A stretch of 64,000 nucleotides of DNA from Phycisphaeraceae bacterium (GCA_040905565.1 JBBDRF010000082.1:1-64000), one strand, 5' to 3'; shown: positions 40,661 through 51,158, numbered from the stretch's first letter. Program-made: numbers and translations. The notes: generated from the sequence alone by a model not told the origin.

Positions 40661-41680
40661 ATGATGGATGGCGGCGAGTTGACGTGTTGGCTTTTGAGTG
40701 AGCCGAAGGCGGGCATGGCGGTGCAGTGCCTGGCGCTGGCCGAGGCGATGGGGCTTCAGGGCGAGCGGAAACACGTGCAGCCGCGGGGGCTTTGGAAACG
40801 CTCGCCGATCTGGCTTTGGCCCTTGTGGGGCGGCGGGTTGAAGGCTGTCGGTCCGGGGAGCGATGCGATCGGGCCGCCCTGGCCTGACGTGGTGATCAGC
40901 TGCGGACGTTATGCAGCCGGCGTGGCGATGGCGATTCGTCAGCAGAGCCGACACAGCGGCAAGCGAACATTCACCATTCAGATTCAGGATCCGCTGGTTT
41001 CGCCGAGGCATTTCGATTTGATGATCGTGCCCGAGCATGATCGGCTGCGGGGCGAGAACGTGATCACGATGCAGGGCTCGCTGCACCGCATCACCGACGC
41101 ACGACTGCAGGCGGAGGCGGCGAAGTTCGCATCGTCGTTTGAGCATCTGCCTCGGCCGTTGGCGACGGTGCTGATCGGCGGGCCGAACCGGGTTTATCAA
41201 CTCGGCGTGGCCGAAGCGACGGCGATCGCCCAGCAGCTCGTGGCCATGGCGCAGCAGCAGCGTGTAAGCCTGGCGATGACGGTGTCGCGACGCACTTCCC
41301 CCGAAGCCGCTGCGGCGATGCGGAAGATCATCGAAACGGCGGACATTCCTGCGGTCATCTGGGAGGGCGAAGGCGAGAACCCGTACTTCGGCTACCTCGG
41401 TTCGGCGGACTATATTCTCGTGACGGCCGATTCAATCAACATGACCTGCGAAGCGAGCGCGACGGGCAAGCCGGTCTACACGCTCGACCTGCCCGGCGGC
41501 CGCGGCAAGTTCGCCCGCTTCCATCAACAGATGCAGCACGAGGGCCGCACCCGGCTGTTCGAGGGGAAACTCGAACCGTACGAACCGAACCCGCTGCGCG
41601 AGAATGAAAAAATCGCGGCGGAAGTGTGGCGACGACTCCCCCCCACCATCAGCCCCCCCACCGGCTCCACCACCACATAG
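40661..41680 (+). CDS. Mitochondrial fission ELM1-family protein
   Basis: QCLALAEA, PPWPDVVISCGR, IQDP..FDLMIVPEHD, SRRT, VTADSINM..EASATGKPV. Confidence 0.9.
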   Translation: MMDGGELTCWLLSEPKAGMAVQCLALAEAMGLQGERKHVQPRGLWKRSPIWLWPLWGGGLKAVGPGSDAIGPPWPDVVISCGRYAAGVAMAIRQQSRHSGKRTFTIQIQDPLVSPRHFDLMIVPEHDRLRGENVITMQGSLHRITDARLQAEAAKFASSFEHLPRPLATVLIGGPNRVYQLGVAEATAIAQQLVAMAQQQRVSLAMTVSRRTSPEAAAAMRKIIETADIPAVIWEGEGENPYFGYLGSADYILVTADSINMTCEASATGKPVYTLDLPGGRGKFARFHQQMQHEGRTRLFEGKLEPYEPNPLRENEKIAAEVWRRLPPTISPPTGSTTT

Positions 41681-41708
41681 CCCCGGCCTCGGCCGGAGTC
41701 CCCGGCCA

Positions 41709-42515
41709 TCAATCTTTCGGCGGTCGGAGTTGGGCCCAGACGGGGTAGTGGTCGGAGCAGTACGGGGCGAAGCCGCCTGTTTCGACGTCGGCGTCGACGA
41801 GGCGATCGGACAGGTCGGGGGAGATGAAGATGTAGTCCAGCTTCAGTGCGGGGAAGCCTGTTGTGAAGGTGTGCGGGGGGGGGGCGTCGGTGTGCGTCTG
41901 ACGATGGGCATCGATGTAGCCGGCATCGAGCAGCCGCTGAATTACGGTATGATCCAGTTGATAGTCGCGGTCGGCGAGCCGCGCTCGGCGGTGCGGCGGG
42001 AGAGCGTCTGGATCGAACGGGTGATAGGGCGCGGAGGCGTTGAGGTCGCCTGCGATGAGGGTCGGCATGGGCGGCTGGGCGTCGAGGAAGGCGAGGATGG
42101 AATCGAGTTCGGCGAGGCGTTTTTGCTCGGCCTCGGCTTGCAGGCCCGCCGTGAGATGGGCGACGATCAGGCGCACCGGGGCAGCGTCCGGCGTGGGCCG
42201 AAGCACGACCTGCATGGCGGCGTTTTCAAGGTGCGGGATCTTCACGCCCAGGTTGATCATCTGCTCCACGGGCAGGCGGGTGAGCACGGCGACGTGATGC
42301 GACGAATGGTTCGCCTCGGCAAGCAGATGCTCCATGCTGAGTTTGTCAGCGATGTAGGCGAGGCCTTTGGGGTCGTCCGCTTCGCAAACGGCGACGACGT
42401 CGGCGTCGAGGTAGGCGAGCGTTTCGTAGACGGGATCGTAGCGGCCGAGCGCGCCGTCGAGGATGTTGTAACTGACGAGCCGAAGGCCGTGTGATGGTGC
42501 GTGAGGTTCGCTCAT
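41709..42515 (-). CDS. Endonuclease/exonuclease/phosphatase family protein
   Basis: SYNI, AGDLN, KLDYIF, SDHYPV. Confidence 0.9.
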   Translation of the reverse strand: MSEPHAPSHGLRLVSYNILDGALGRYDPVYETLAYLDADVVAVCEADDPKGLAYIADKLSMEHLLAEANHSSHHVAVLTRLPVEQMINLGVKIPHLENAAMQVVLRPTPDAAPVRLIVAHLTAGLQAEAEQKRLAELDSILAFLDAQPPMPTLIAGDLNASAPYHPFDPDALPPHRRARLADRDYQLDHTVIQRLLDAGYIDAHRQTHTDAPPPHTFTTGFPALKLDYIFISPDLSDRLVDADVETGGFAPYCSDHYPVWAQLRPPKD

Positions 42516-42559
42516 GAGAGTGATTGTAATGTTTCGGAGGGCGTTTGTGGGCGGGCGGT

Positions 42560-43960
42560 TCAGACGGCGGCGTCGGGAGCGGCTTCGTCCTGCTCCCGCT
42601 GAATGTCCTGCCAGAGCGAGCGGAAGCCGAGCATGGACATGATCGCGAGGGTGGTGGAGACGGCGAAGACGTGCGGGCCCATGCCGGCCCAGCTGGTGAG
42701 GAAATCGCCGTCCCAACCCTGGTAGAGCAGCACGCCGAGGAAGGGGGCGATGGCACCGCGGACGCCGGTGAGCGTGACGTGGATGCCCATATAGGCCGCG
42801 ACCATCTCCCGGCTGGCGAAGTCGTTGTGCCCCAGATTCCAGGCAAGGACGCCGCCGCCGCGCGCGATGCCGATGACCAGTCGCGCCGTGGCGAAGAGGA
42901 CGAGCCCGCCCACGAGATTGCCTGAGAAGATCCACGCAGCCCCGGCCCACATGAGCGCCTGCCCGGTGATCCAAAGCCACGACTGGTGCACGCGGAACTG
43001 GACGATGTGGGTGCGATCGAGCAGACGGCCCCACAGCGGCAACGTCAGCAGCATCAGCAGGGTCGGCACGCTTTGGACGATGCCGACGGAAAGCAGGAAT
43101 TCGCCCTGGATGCCCAGCGTCGCGCCGGCGATCAGCGCGATCGCGACCGGCTCAGCCATCATCGCACTCATGCCGCCTGCGAACTGCCAGGTGAGGTAAC
43201 GGCGGAACATCGGGTCGTTGCGAAGTACGGCCCAGACGCTGGAAGTGGCGGGCAGTTGATCATCGTATTCGTAAATCACCCCCGTCTCGCCGTGCGGCTC
43301 GGGCTTGCTGGCGGGGCGACGCTCGTAAGCAAGAAGCGAACGTTCCCGGCGCAGCCGAATGCCCGAAAAGCTGAGCACGCCCACCACGGCCAGCAGCCCG
43401 CCGAGCGGATAGTAGAGACGGAAAAATTCCGTCTGGATGTCCAGCAGAATACTGGTCGTGACGGGGACGAGGAAGACCATGATGCTGGTGAGCAGCGCGA
43501 GCTTGCCGGCTATCTGACCGCGCAGATGGCGGGGATAGTTGTGCCGCCAGACGATCGAGCGGACGGTGATGACGCCGGTGAGCAGACAACGTGCGCAGAC
43601 GACCAGAGCCGTCAGCATCCACGCCCCGGCCGGGGTGGTCGGCAAGGTGGCAATGGCGGCGACGCAGATGGCCGTGGCGGCCATGGTCAACGTGATGAAG
43701 GGGACTTTCCGCTTGCCTCGTGAGGCCCGCGCCCAACCGAAGCTGGTGAGATTGGCGAACATCGGTGCGGCGGTGATGAGCGCCAGCTGCACGGCGGTGA
43801 CGTCGAAAACTTTGGCAGCAAGGACGCCGACCACGCCCGCCTCGACCAGCGCAACGACGGCGGGGGTCGACATGGCGGTGACCATCTCGCGGCGGTAGCT
43901 TGGCCTCACCATCGGAGGCACCGAGGTCGGCGCGAAATTGCTGATCACTCGGCGAATCAT
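42560..43960 (-). CDS. MFS transporter
   Basis: About 12 hydrophobic segments with a central loop; start codon uncertain. Confidence 0.8.
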   Translation of the reverse strand: MIRRVISNFAPTSVPPMVRPSYRREMVTAMSTPAVVALVEAGVVGVLAAKVFDVTAVQLALITAAPMFANLTSFGWARASRGKRKVPFITLTMAATAICVAAIATLPTTPAGAWMLTALVVCARCLLTGVITVRSIVWRHNYPRHLRGQIAGKLALLTSIMVFLVPVTTSILLDIQTEFFRLYYPLGGLLAVVGVLSFSGIRLRRERSLLAYERRPASKPEPHGETGVIYEYDDQLPATSSVWAVLRNDPMFRRYLTWQFAGGMSAMMAEPVAIALIAGATLGIQGEFLLSVGIVQSVPTLLMLLTLPLWGRLLDRTHIVQFRVHQSWLWITGQALMWAGAAWIFSGNLVGGLVLFATARLVIGIARGGGVLAWNLGHNDFASREMVAAYMGIHVTLTGVRGAIAPFLGVLLYQGWDGDFLTSWAGMGPHVFAVSTTLAIMSMLGFRSLWQDIQREQDEAAPDAAV

Positions 43961-44121
43961 GACGCGTCTGACGCAAATGCGGGGGGAGCGGCGCGGAGGC
44001 ACAGCGGAACGGCCTCGGCCGACGAAGCGCGGGCGATGGCGAGAGAGGCTGACAAGAAAAAATCCTCCCGCAGAACGAGAGGATCTTCAAAGATCAGGTT
44101 TGCGTCAAACCTCCAACCGCC

Positions 44122-44433
44122 TCAGGGGATCGGAGTAAGCGAGAGACGACTGGGGCGATCAAGCAGGAAGATGTTGCGGATATCGTCCCAGATGCCACGC
44201 GTGTTGGTATCGACGACGCGGGCGGTGCGCACGCGGCCTTCGTCACGCGTCTCCATCAGCGTCGTCAGTTCAGGCGACATATCGGAGGTCACGGTATCGA
44301 CGGTGATCGGCTCGGCTGTTCGCGTTTCGCCGTTGAGCGAATCGTCCAGACCGCTCGTGCGCTGCTGCTGTTCGCAACCCACACCCACCGACAACAGGCC
44401 GGCACACATCAAAACAATCATGAGATTCTTCAT
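44122..44433 (-). CDS. Small lipoprotein
   Basis: Lipobox LSVGVGC; C-terminal FLLDRPSRLSLTP; GAGG RBS. Confidence 0.8.
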   Translation of the reverse strand: MKNLMIVLMCAGLLSVGVGCEQQQRTSGLDDSLNGETRTAEPITVDTVTSDMSPELTTLMETRDEGRVRTARVVDTNTRGIWDDIRNIFLLDRPSRLSLTPIP

Positions 44434-44586
44434 GGTCGGGCACCTCTTGGTCAAGAAACCGAAAGATTTTTACCGCGCCGCTGAGGGGGTGTCAAGGATC
44501 AATCCCGAAGGCGTGACGCTGTGGGCTTCGATTTCGTCGGTGCAGCCGTCGCCGGGGGTAGAAAAGTTGGGATTCGTGATATAATG

Positions 44587-44796
44587 AGGTCGGTCATGGC
44601 CCAAGGCCTGCGGGGTGCGATAGAGAAGGCTTAATTGTTCGGACCTTTCTCGACCCCAAGGGAACGCGACCGCCTGCAATGGTCACGCCGTCTTTGAACG
44701 GAAGGCCGGGACAGGTGCCTCAGCGTGCCCACCTTAACTTGGGGTTCGAACAACCCCTTCCATCCGGCTCATGCGGACCTGGGCTCCGACCGACCT
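44587..44796 (+). ncRNA. ssrS: Probable 6S RNA
   Basis: TATAAT at 44580; ends pair (aggtcggtc/gaccgacct); nested pairs gcccaagg/cctgggc, gaagg..ttgttcggacc/ggttcgaacaa..ccttc, ccccaag/cttgggg; gtgcccacc motif; ~210 nt rod followed by a terminator. Confidence 0.7.
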
Positions 44797-44834
44797 AAAA
44801 GCGGTTCGTCATTCAATGGCGGACCGTTTTTTTT
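44797..44834 (+). terminator. Intrinsic terminator after the putative 6S RNA
   Basis: gcggttcgtcatt-c-aatggcggaccgt followed by ttttttt. Confidence 0.8.
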
Positions 44835-44968
44835 GCGCGCTCAAATAGGTTCCGGAAGCTTCCCGGATCTCGCCGTGGCGCATGATTGGCATCGGGGTCG
44901 GCGAGATGGTAAATTCGGCTGCTCGCCTTTACGCAATTTCCAAAAAACTCGATCGCGGAAGCCCTGAG

Positions 44969-46912
44969 ATGACCACGATGCCCGACCAATTGATGCAACA
45001 GCAGGAAAAACTCCCGACCGTGGTCTTCGACCATGCCCATGATGCAAGCGTGGCGGTGGCGCGCGAGATCGCCAAGCTCATCCGCGACCGGGCCGCCAAC
45101 GGGCAGACGACCGTGCTGGGGCTGGCGACGGGCTCCACGCCGACCCGCGTTTACAGTGAACTCATCCGCATGCACGAGGAAGAGGGGCTCAGTTTCCAGA
45201 GCGTGGTGACGTTCAACCTCGACGAGTATTACCCGATTCAGCCCGAAGCGCTGCAAAGCTACAACCGGTTCATGCGGGAGAATCTGTTCGATCACATCGA
45301 CGTGAAGCCTGAGAACATTCACATTCCCGACGGCACGGTCGACATTCACGATGTGCCCGACTACTGCGCCCGCTACGAGCAGCAGATCAAAGACGCGGGG
45401 GGATTGGATCTTCAGCTTCTGGGCATCGGCCGAACGGGCCACATCGGCTTCAATGAACCTGGTTCACCTCGCAACTGCCCCACGCGTCTGATTTCGCTGG
45501 ACCGCATCACAAGGTTGGACGCGGCGAGCGATTTCTTCGGCGAGGAAAACGTGCCCCGCCGGGCGATCACCATGGGCGTCGGGTCGATCCTGAACGCCAA
45601 GCGCGTGGTCATCATGGCATTCGGCGAAGGCAAGGCTCCCGTGGTAAGGCAGGCGGTGGAGGGGCCGATCACCGAAAGCATTCCCGCCACGTTCCTTCAG
45701 GAGCATGTGAATGCCTCGTTCGTGATGGATCGGGCTGCTTCGGAGCAGCTGACGCGGAATGTGACGCCCTGGAAGGTCGGGCCGGTCGCTTGGGATGAGA
45801 AGATTATTCGCAAAGCGGTGACATGGCTGGCGCGTTCGCTTCAGAAGCCGATCCTGAAGCTGACCGACGGCGACTACAACGAGAATCATCTGCAGGATCT
45901 GCTTGCGGAGCACGGCCCGGCGTACGACATTAACCTTCATATATTCCGCATCATGCAGCGCAGCATCAGCGGCTGGCCCGGCGGCAAAGATCCGGCACAC
46001 AAGCAGCCGGGCGACCTTGACCGCCCTACTGATCGCATCTTTCCCAAGCGTGTGCTGATCTTCTCGCCGCACCCGGACGATGACGTGATTTCGATGGGCG
46101 GCACGCTGCTGCGGCTGGTTGACCACGGCCATGAGGTGCACGTCGCCTACCAGGTGTCCGGCTCGATCGCGGTCAGCGATGAAGATGCGATCCGCTTCGC
46201 CGACTTCGCAGCGGACTTCAACCGCATCTTCGACATCGACCAGAAGCAGTCCGAGCAGATCGAAAGCCACATCGAGCAAGTGCTCAAGAACAAGAAGCCA
46301 GGCCAGGTGGATTCCGAACAGGTTCAGCAGATCAAAACGTTGATCCGCCGGGGCGAAGCGCGTGCGGCCAGTCGTTACTGCGGCGTGGCGATGGAGAACC
46401 TGCACTTTCTGGATATGCCGTTCTACGAAACGGGCACGGTCCGCAAGAGCCCGCTCGGCGAGGCGGACATCGACATCATCACCGATCTGCTGGAGAAGGT
46501 GCAGCCGCACCAGATCTACGCAGCAGGCGACCTGTCCGACCCCCACGGCACACACCGCGTCTGCCTCACGGCCATCCTCCAGGCACTCGAATCGGCCCAG
46601 CAAAAGGCGTGGTTCAAGGAGAACCTGACCGAGCTCTGGCTGTACCGCGGTGCCTGGCATGAGTGGGAGCCGGAGCAGATTGAGATGGCTGTCCCCCTCT
46701 CGCCTCAGGAGCTGATGCGGAAGCGCACGGCGATCTTCAAGCACGAATCGCAGAAGGACAAAGCCCTGTTCCCCGGCAGCGATCCGCGCGAGTTCTGGCA
46801 GCGGGCCGAAGACCGCAACAAGGCCACCGCACGCCTGTACGACCAGCTCGGCCTTCCGGAATTCGAAGCCATCGAAGGCTTCGTCCAGTGGGACGGCAAC
46901 ACCGACATCTAA
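44969..46912 (+). CDS. nagB: Glucosamine-6-phosphate deaminase with C-terminal PIG-L/LmbE-like domain
   Basis: GLATGSTP, FNLDEY, GHIGFNEPG; second domain FSPHPDDDVISMGG, DPHGTH. Confidence 0.95.
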   Translation: MTTMPDQLMQQQEKLPTVVFDHAHDASVAVAREIAKLIRDRAANGQTTVLGLATGSTPTRVYSELIRMHEEEGLSFQSVVTFNLDEYYPIQPEALQSYNRFMRENLFDHIDVKPENIHIPDGTVDIHDVPDYCARYEQQIKDAGGLDLQLLGIGRTGHIGFNEPGSPRNCPTRLISLDRITRLDAASDFFGEENVPRRAITMGVGSILNAKRVVIMAFGEGKAPVVRQAVEGPITESIPATFLQEHVNASFVMDRAASEQLTRNVTPWKVGPVAWDEKIIRKAVTWLARSLQKPILKLTDGDYNENHLQDLLAEHGPAYDINLHIFRIMQRSISGWPGGKDPAHKQPGDLDRPTDRIFPKRVLIFSPHPDDDVISMGGTLLRLVDHGHEVHVAYQVSGSIAVSDEDAIRFADFAADFNRIFDIDQKQSEQIESHIEQVLKNKKPGQVDSEQVQQIKTLIRRGEARAASRYCGVAMENLHFLDMPFYETGTVRKSPLGEADIDIITDLLEKVQPHQIYAAGDLSDPHGTHRVCLTAILQALESAQQKAWFKENLTELWLYRGAWHEWEPEQIEMAVPLSPQELMRKRTAIFKHESQKDKALFPGSDPREFWQRAEDRNKATARLYDQLGLPEFEAIEGFVQWDGNTDI

Positions 46913-47081
46913 CCCCCCCCACCGGCGGCGCCCCCTTCATTATTCGCGGAAACGCATGAGCGTCCGTGGCGCGCGCAAGATAGCTGCAAGATTGCCCCGT
47001 GAACAATCAGTCGTTCTCAGGGGCCATCGCTTGCGCATAAGGTTCTAGAGCGATAGGCCGAGAAATGCACTTGGCGTCGAC

Positions 47082-47108
47082 GCGGATTGTATGTAGCATA
47101 CAATCCGC
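47082..47108. promoter_or_regulatory. Perfect 12-3-12 palindrome, candidate GntR-type operator
   Basis: gcggattgtatg-tag-catacaatccgc, 60 nt upstream of the gene at 47168. Confidence 0.65.
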
Positions 47109-47167
47109 CTTACCAGTCAATGGCGGCAAGCCCTTCCTTACCAATGCTACTCAAAGGATGATCCAAG

Positions 47168-50137
47168 ATGCGATGTGCCTCCACATTGATGGTGCTGCTG
47201 CTTTTGCTTGCTACTTCAACTGTCAGCGCGGAGTTGCGTGTTCTGGCTCATTATCAGTTGGATCAGGATGTCAGGCGGGTGACCTATGTGGTGGGTCCAG
47301 AAACACTGCGAAGTGATGGTGGGCAAGACAATGCGTTGCAGCGAACGGACAGCCCCAGTTTCGTCCCGGCAGCGCCTCCGCATCGCGCCGAGGGCGGCGC
47401 GTTGCAGTTCGATGGTGACAAGGACATGTACAGCCGCGATGAGGCGATCTTCGGCCCGAGCGACAACTTCGTCATGGAGGCATGGGCACTGGCCGAGCAG
47501 GCCAACCATGCGGGGTTGCGTGGCGTGGTGGCCAACGGCAGCGGCGCTCAGGGATATGTGCTGGCACAATCGGGCAATCGCTGGATCGCGTTCGTCGGCG
47601 GCGTCGGAGGGTTTGACATGGGCCCGGTTGAAGAAGGCGTGTGGACGCACCTGGCGATCGTCAACGAGGGCGGCAACGCGCGAGCGTACCTCAACGGTGA
47701 ACTGGTGCGGGAGATTGCCTTGTCCTCTGCCGTGGCGCCGCAGTTTCGCATCGGCAATGCCGGTCAGCCCACTGAAGGCTTCAAGGGCATGATTCACAGC
47801 GTCCGCGTGGCCACCTTTGCCGTAGGCAGCTTCAACCCTGATGCCGATTTCCTGCTGGACTATCCGTCGATCAGGCAGGCACGCGTTCAGGCGATCGAAC
47901 AGCGTGAGCGGCAATTGCGCGCCATCGGCGAGCAGCCCGGGGTGCAGTTGGTCGAGTCGCTGAGCCATCCGCGGATGCGGAAGGACTGGCTGATTCATCA
48001 GATCGATGAACCTGCCGAGGTGTTTCTACAGTTGGCAGAAGACGGTCAGGCGGGCTACATGATGCTGACCAACGGCCTGATTAGCCGCACGTTTTACATC
48101 GGCGAAAATCTCGCCTGCGTCGGTTACCGCAATCTTTCCAATGAGGCGGAGTACATTCGCGCGGTGAAGCCGGAGGCTCGGATCAAGCTTGACGGCAAGT
48201 GGTATCCCGTCGGTGGTCTGACTGGCCAGCCTGCGCGTTCCTACCTGCTCGCTGAGTGGATCCCGGACCTTCAAGCGATTCCCACAGCTTTTCAGTTTGT
48301 GGGCGTGACCACCGACACGCCGAAGGAACGCTACCACTGGCAGGCCAAGTTCAATGCGGTCGAAGCGCCTTGGCCACCTGAGGGATTGCGCGTGACGATG
48401 CACTACGAGGCTTCGCCGGACATCAACGCGAAGCATCGCGGTGTCAGCATTGATGTGCATTATGAGATTTACGAGGGCATCCCGGTGATGGCCAAATCCT
48501 TCACCGTTCACAACAACACCGACGATTCGATTGTTGTCGATGAATTTGAAGCCGAAATCATCGCGATGCCGCAGGACCAGATTCGTCGCATCCACACTGA
48601 GAGCGATTATTCATTCCATCTTGTAAACCATAGTGCGAACGACGGTCACGCCATTGATTCCCCGATGGCCATCACCCACGATGCGCCATCTTATCGTGCC
48701 GGTAATACGACGACGCATTGGGAAGTCGATCCCGAGTATGACACGTGGGCCCATGCCGCAGCATTTGAAGACAAGATGCAAGGCCATATTTTCCGGAATC
48801 TGATGATCAGCCGGGTGCCGATGGGGCCGTCGAAACGAATCAGCGTTGGCGAGACATTCGACTCTTTCCACACGTTCCAGTTATTGCAGGACAGCGATGA
48901 CGTTGACCGTCGGTCGCTTGGTGTGCGGAAGATGTATCGCACGATCGCGCCGCAGGTGACGGAGCATCTGCTTGCCGCCAGCACGCCGTCGCAGGATCCG
49001 GAGGTCCTTTATCCGTTGATCGACCACATGCACGAGTTGGGTTTTGAGCGACTGGACATCAGCTTCTGGCCCGGCATTTCGCACGACAATCTCGACCCCG
49101 CCTATGTCAAGAAATGGCGTGAGATCACGGCGTATGCGAAGGAACGCGGCATCATCACAGGCGGTTACGAGCTGATGGTGGCCGCACGCAGCAGGGGTGC
49201 TGACGTGGACGTGGTGGACCCCGCCACCGGCAAACCGGGCAGCCCCTTTGGCAGCAGCGTCTGCCTGGCCAGTAAATGGTCGGATAACTATTTCCCGAAA
49301 GTATGGGAGTTTCTCGACCGTACAGGTTTCGGCTCGCTCAATCCTGATGGCCCGTACCACGGCTGTGCCTGTGCCTCGACCGGCCACAAGTATCATCGCG
49401 GGCTCGAAGATTCACAGTGGGCACAGTGGGAACAACAGGTCCGGGTTTTCCACGAGGTACAACGACGGAACATGTGGGCCCCAGCGCCGGACTGGTATTT
49501 CCTCAACGGTCAGGCCTCCACGGGGATGGGCTATCGTGAAGCCAGTGCCAACCTGGCACGCGAGCAGGCGCTGCTGCTCTACCGGCAGTACATTTACGAT
49601 GGAACCTTCTTCAAGACGCCATCCATGGGATGGATGACCATCGGCCTGATCCCCACGTACAACGCCGACCCGGGCGCGATCCTCGAACCGCTGTCGGAGA
49701 ACATCGCGTGGTATGAATTGCATCTGGTACAGCTTCTCGCTTCAGGCGCGCAGCCAAGCTTCCGCGCGAACCGGTTGTACGATTCGCCGGAAACCAGGGC
49801 GATGGTCAAGAAGTGGGTTGACTGGTTCGAGCAGTATCGCGAGATACTGATGAGCGACCTGATCCATGTGCGTCGCCCCGATGGGCGGGACATTGACGTG
49901 ATGCTGCACGTGAACCCGCGTTTGCCGGAGAAAGGGATGGCGATCTTCTTCAACCCGCTCAACGAATCGATGACGCGAGAAGTAACGCTGCCGCTTTACT
50001 ATACCGGGCTGACCGGCTCCGCGATGATCCGCGAAGAGGAAGGTGACGCGGTCGAATACAGGTTGAATGACCGTTTTGAAGCCGTGCTGGAGGTTACCCT
50101 GCCGCCGCGTGGGTTTACCTGGTATGTCGTTGAATAG
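47168..50137 (+). CDS. Secreted LamG (ConA-like) domain + putative alpha-galactosidase-like glycoside hydrolase
   Basis: Signal peptide; GALQFDG..WTHLAIV..YLNG LamG pattern; C-terminal CLASKW..DGPYHG catalytic-barrel-like region. Confidence 0.65.
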   Translation: MRCASTLMVLLLLLATSTVSAELRVLAHYQLDQDVRRVTYVVGPETLRSDGGQDNALQRTDSPSFVPAAPPHRAEGGALQFDGDKDMYSRDEAIFGPSDNFVMEAWALAEQANHAGLRGVVANGSGAQGYVLAQSGNRWIAFVGGVGGFDMGPVEEGVWTHLAIVNEGGNARAYLNGELVREIALSSAVAPQFRIGNAGQPTEGFKGMIHSVRVATFAVGSFNPDADFLLDYPSIRQARVQAIEQRERQLRAIGEQPGVQLVESLSHPRMRKDWLIHQIDEPAEVFLQLAEDGQAGYMMLTNGLISRTFYIGENLACVGYRNLSNEAEYIRAVKPEARIKLDGKWYPVGGLTGQPARSYLLAEWIPDLQAIPTAFQFVGVTTDTPKERYHWQAKFNAVEAPWPPEGLRVTMHYEASPDINAKHRGVSIDVHYEIYEGIPVMAKSFTVHNNTDDSIVVDEFEAEIIAMPQDQIRRIHTESDYSFHLVNHSANDGHAIDSPMAITHDAPSYRAGNTTTHWEVDPEYDTWAHAAAFEDKMQGHIFRNLMISRVPMGPSKRISVGETFDSFHTFQLLQDSDDVDRRSLGVRKMYRTIAPQVTEHLLAASTPSQDPEVLYPLIDHMHELGFERLDISFWPGISHDNLDPAYVKKWREITAYAKERGIITGGYELMVAARSRGADVDVVDPATGKPGSPFGSSVCLASKWSDNYFPKVWEFLDRTGFGSLNPDGPYHGCACASTGHKYHRGLEDSQWAQWEQQVRVFHEVQRRNMWAPAPDWYFLNGQASTGMGYREASANLAREQALLLYRQYIYDGTFFKTPSMGWMTIGLIPTYNADPGAILEPLSENIAWYELHLVQLLASGAQPSFRANRLYDSPETRAMVKKWVDWFEQYREILMSDLIHVRRPDGRDIDVMLHVNPRLPEKGMAIFFNPLNESMTREVTLPLYYTGLTGSAMIREEEGDAVEYRLNDRFEAVLEVTLPPRGFTWYVVE

Positions 50138-50223
50138 GGAGGCCATTTTTTGCGTGCCGAACCGTGCAATGCGTATAATGGTCTTCTAGGAATGAATCAC
50201 CCTCTACTCTGGAGAGCATCTTG

Positions 50224-50991
50224 ATGTCTACCCGTTTCAGCCTGGCCGTCCTGACTGCGTTCGCATGCGTTTTGGTGGCTGCGCCGGCCTTTGCCGATGA
50301 CCGCAACCCGCACAGCTGGGAGATTCACGACGGGGAGCGTCCTCAGCCTCCGAAGGTGGATCCCGGCCCGTACACCGGCCCGCTGACGCCGCCTGGAGAC
50401 GCGATCGTCCTCTTCGACGGGACGAACTTCGACCACTGGCGCGGCAACGATGGAGACGCGGCCTGGCGCATCATCGAAGACGAGAAAGCCATGCAAGTCG
50501 TCCCCGAATCGGGCGACATCCAGACCCGCGAAAGCTTCAGCGATGTGCAGCTGTACGTCGAGTTCAAGACCGACCCGGACTCGCCTGGCTCGGGCCAATC
50601 ACGCTCGAACTCGGGCGTCTTCTTCGGCCCATATGAAGTGCAGGTGCTCGACACGTACGACAACCCGACCTACGCCGACGGCATCGCGGGATCGATCTAT
50701 GGCCAGTACCCGCCGCTGGTGAACGCGTCACGCCCGGCCGGCGAATGGCAAAGCTTCAACATCATCTATCGTGCTCCCAGCTTCGACGAGGACGGCGCGA
50801 TTGAGGAACCTGCCCGCATCACGGTCTTCCACAACAACATCCTGGTCCAGGATAGCGAACCGCTGGTCGGGCCGACGTCCCACGGGGAGCGTACGGACTA
50901 CTTCCCGCACGGCGATCTGCACATCCGACTCCAGGACCACCGCGACGACCCGATCCACTTCCGCAACATCTGGGTCCGCGAACTCAACTAA
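50224..50991 (+). CDS. DUF1080 (3-keto-disaccharide hydrolase) protein
   Basis: PPGDAIVLFDG, NSGVFF, YEVQVLD, LQDH, FRNIWVREL. Confidence 0.92.
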   Translation: MSTRFSLAVLTAFACVLVAAPAFADDRNPHSWEIHDGERPQPPKVDPGPYTGPLTPPGDAIVLFDGTNFDHWRGNDGDAAWRIIEDEKAMQVVPESGDIQTRESFSDVQLYVEFKTDPDSPGSGQSRSNSGVFFGPYEVQVLDTYDNPTYADGIAGSIYGQYPPLVNASRPAGEWQSFNIIYRAPSFDEDGAIEEPARITVFHNNILVQDSEPLVGPTSHGERTDYFPHGDLHIRLQDHRDDPIHFRNIWVRELN

Positions 50992-51025
50992 CCCCCCACC
51001 GCCCCCCTACTTTTCGAGTTAACAC

Positions 51026-51060
51026 GAACCGACGGCCCGACTGGGTCGTCGGTTTTTTTC
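51026..51060 (+). terminator. Intrinsic terminator
   Basis: aaccgacggccc-gact-gggtcgtcggtt followed by a T-run. Confidence 0.8.
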
Positions 51061-51158
51061 TTGGTTGCACGGGGAGCCGGGCTGTCCCGAGCCCGGGCTG
51101 GTCGGGGAGGTTGGCTGGCGGGCTTCATCATCTTGCGACGACGTGCTATTGTGAGGGC

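Noticed and set aside
39956..40716. Small ORFs in the long intergenic region
   Set aside because: No RBS, atypical composition, no motifs; the region reads as regulatory
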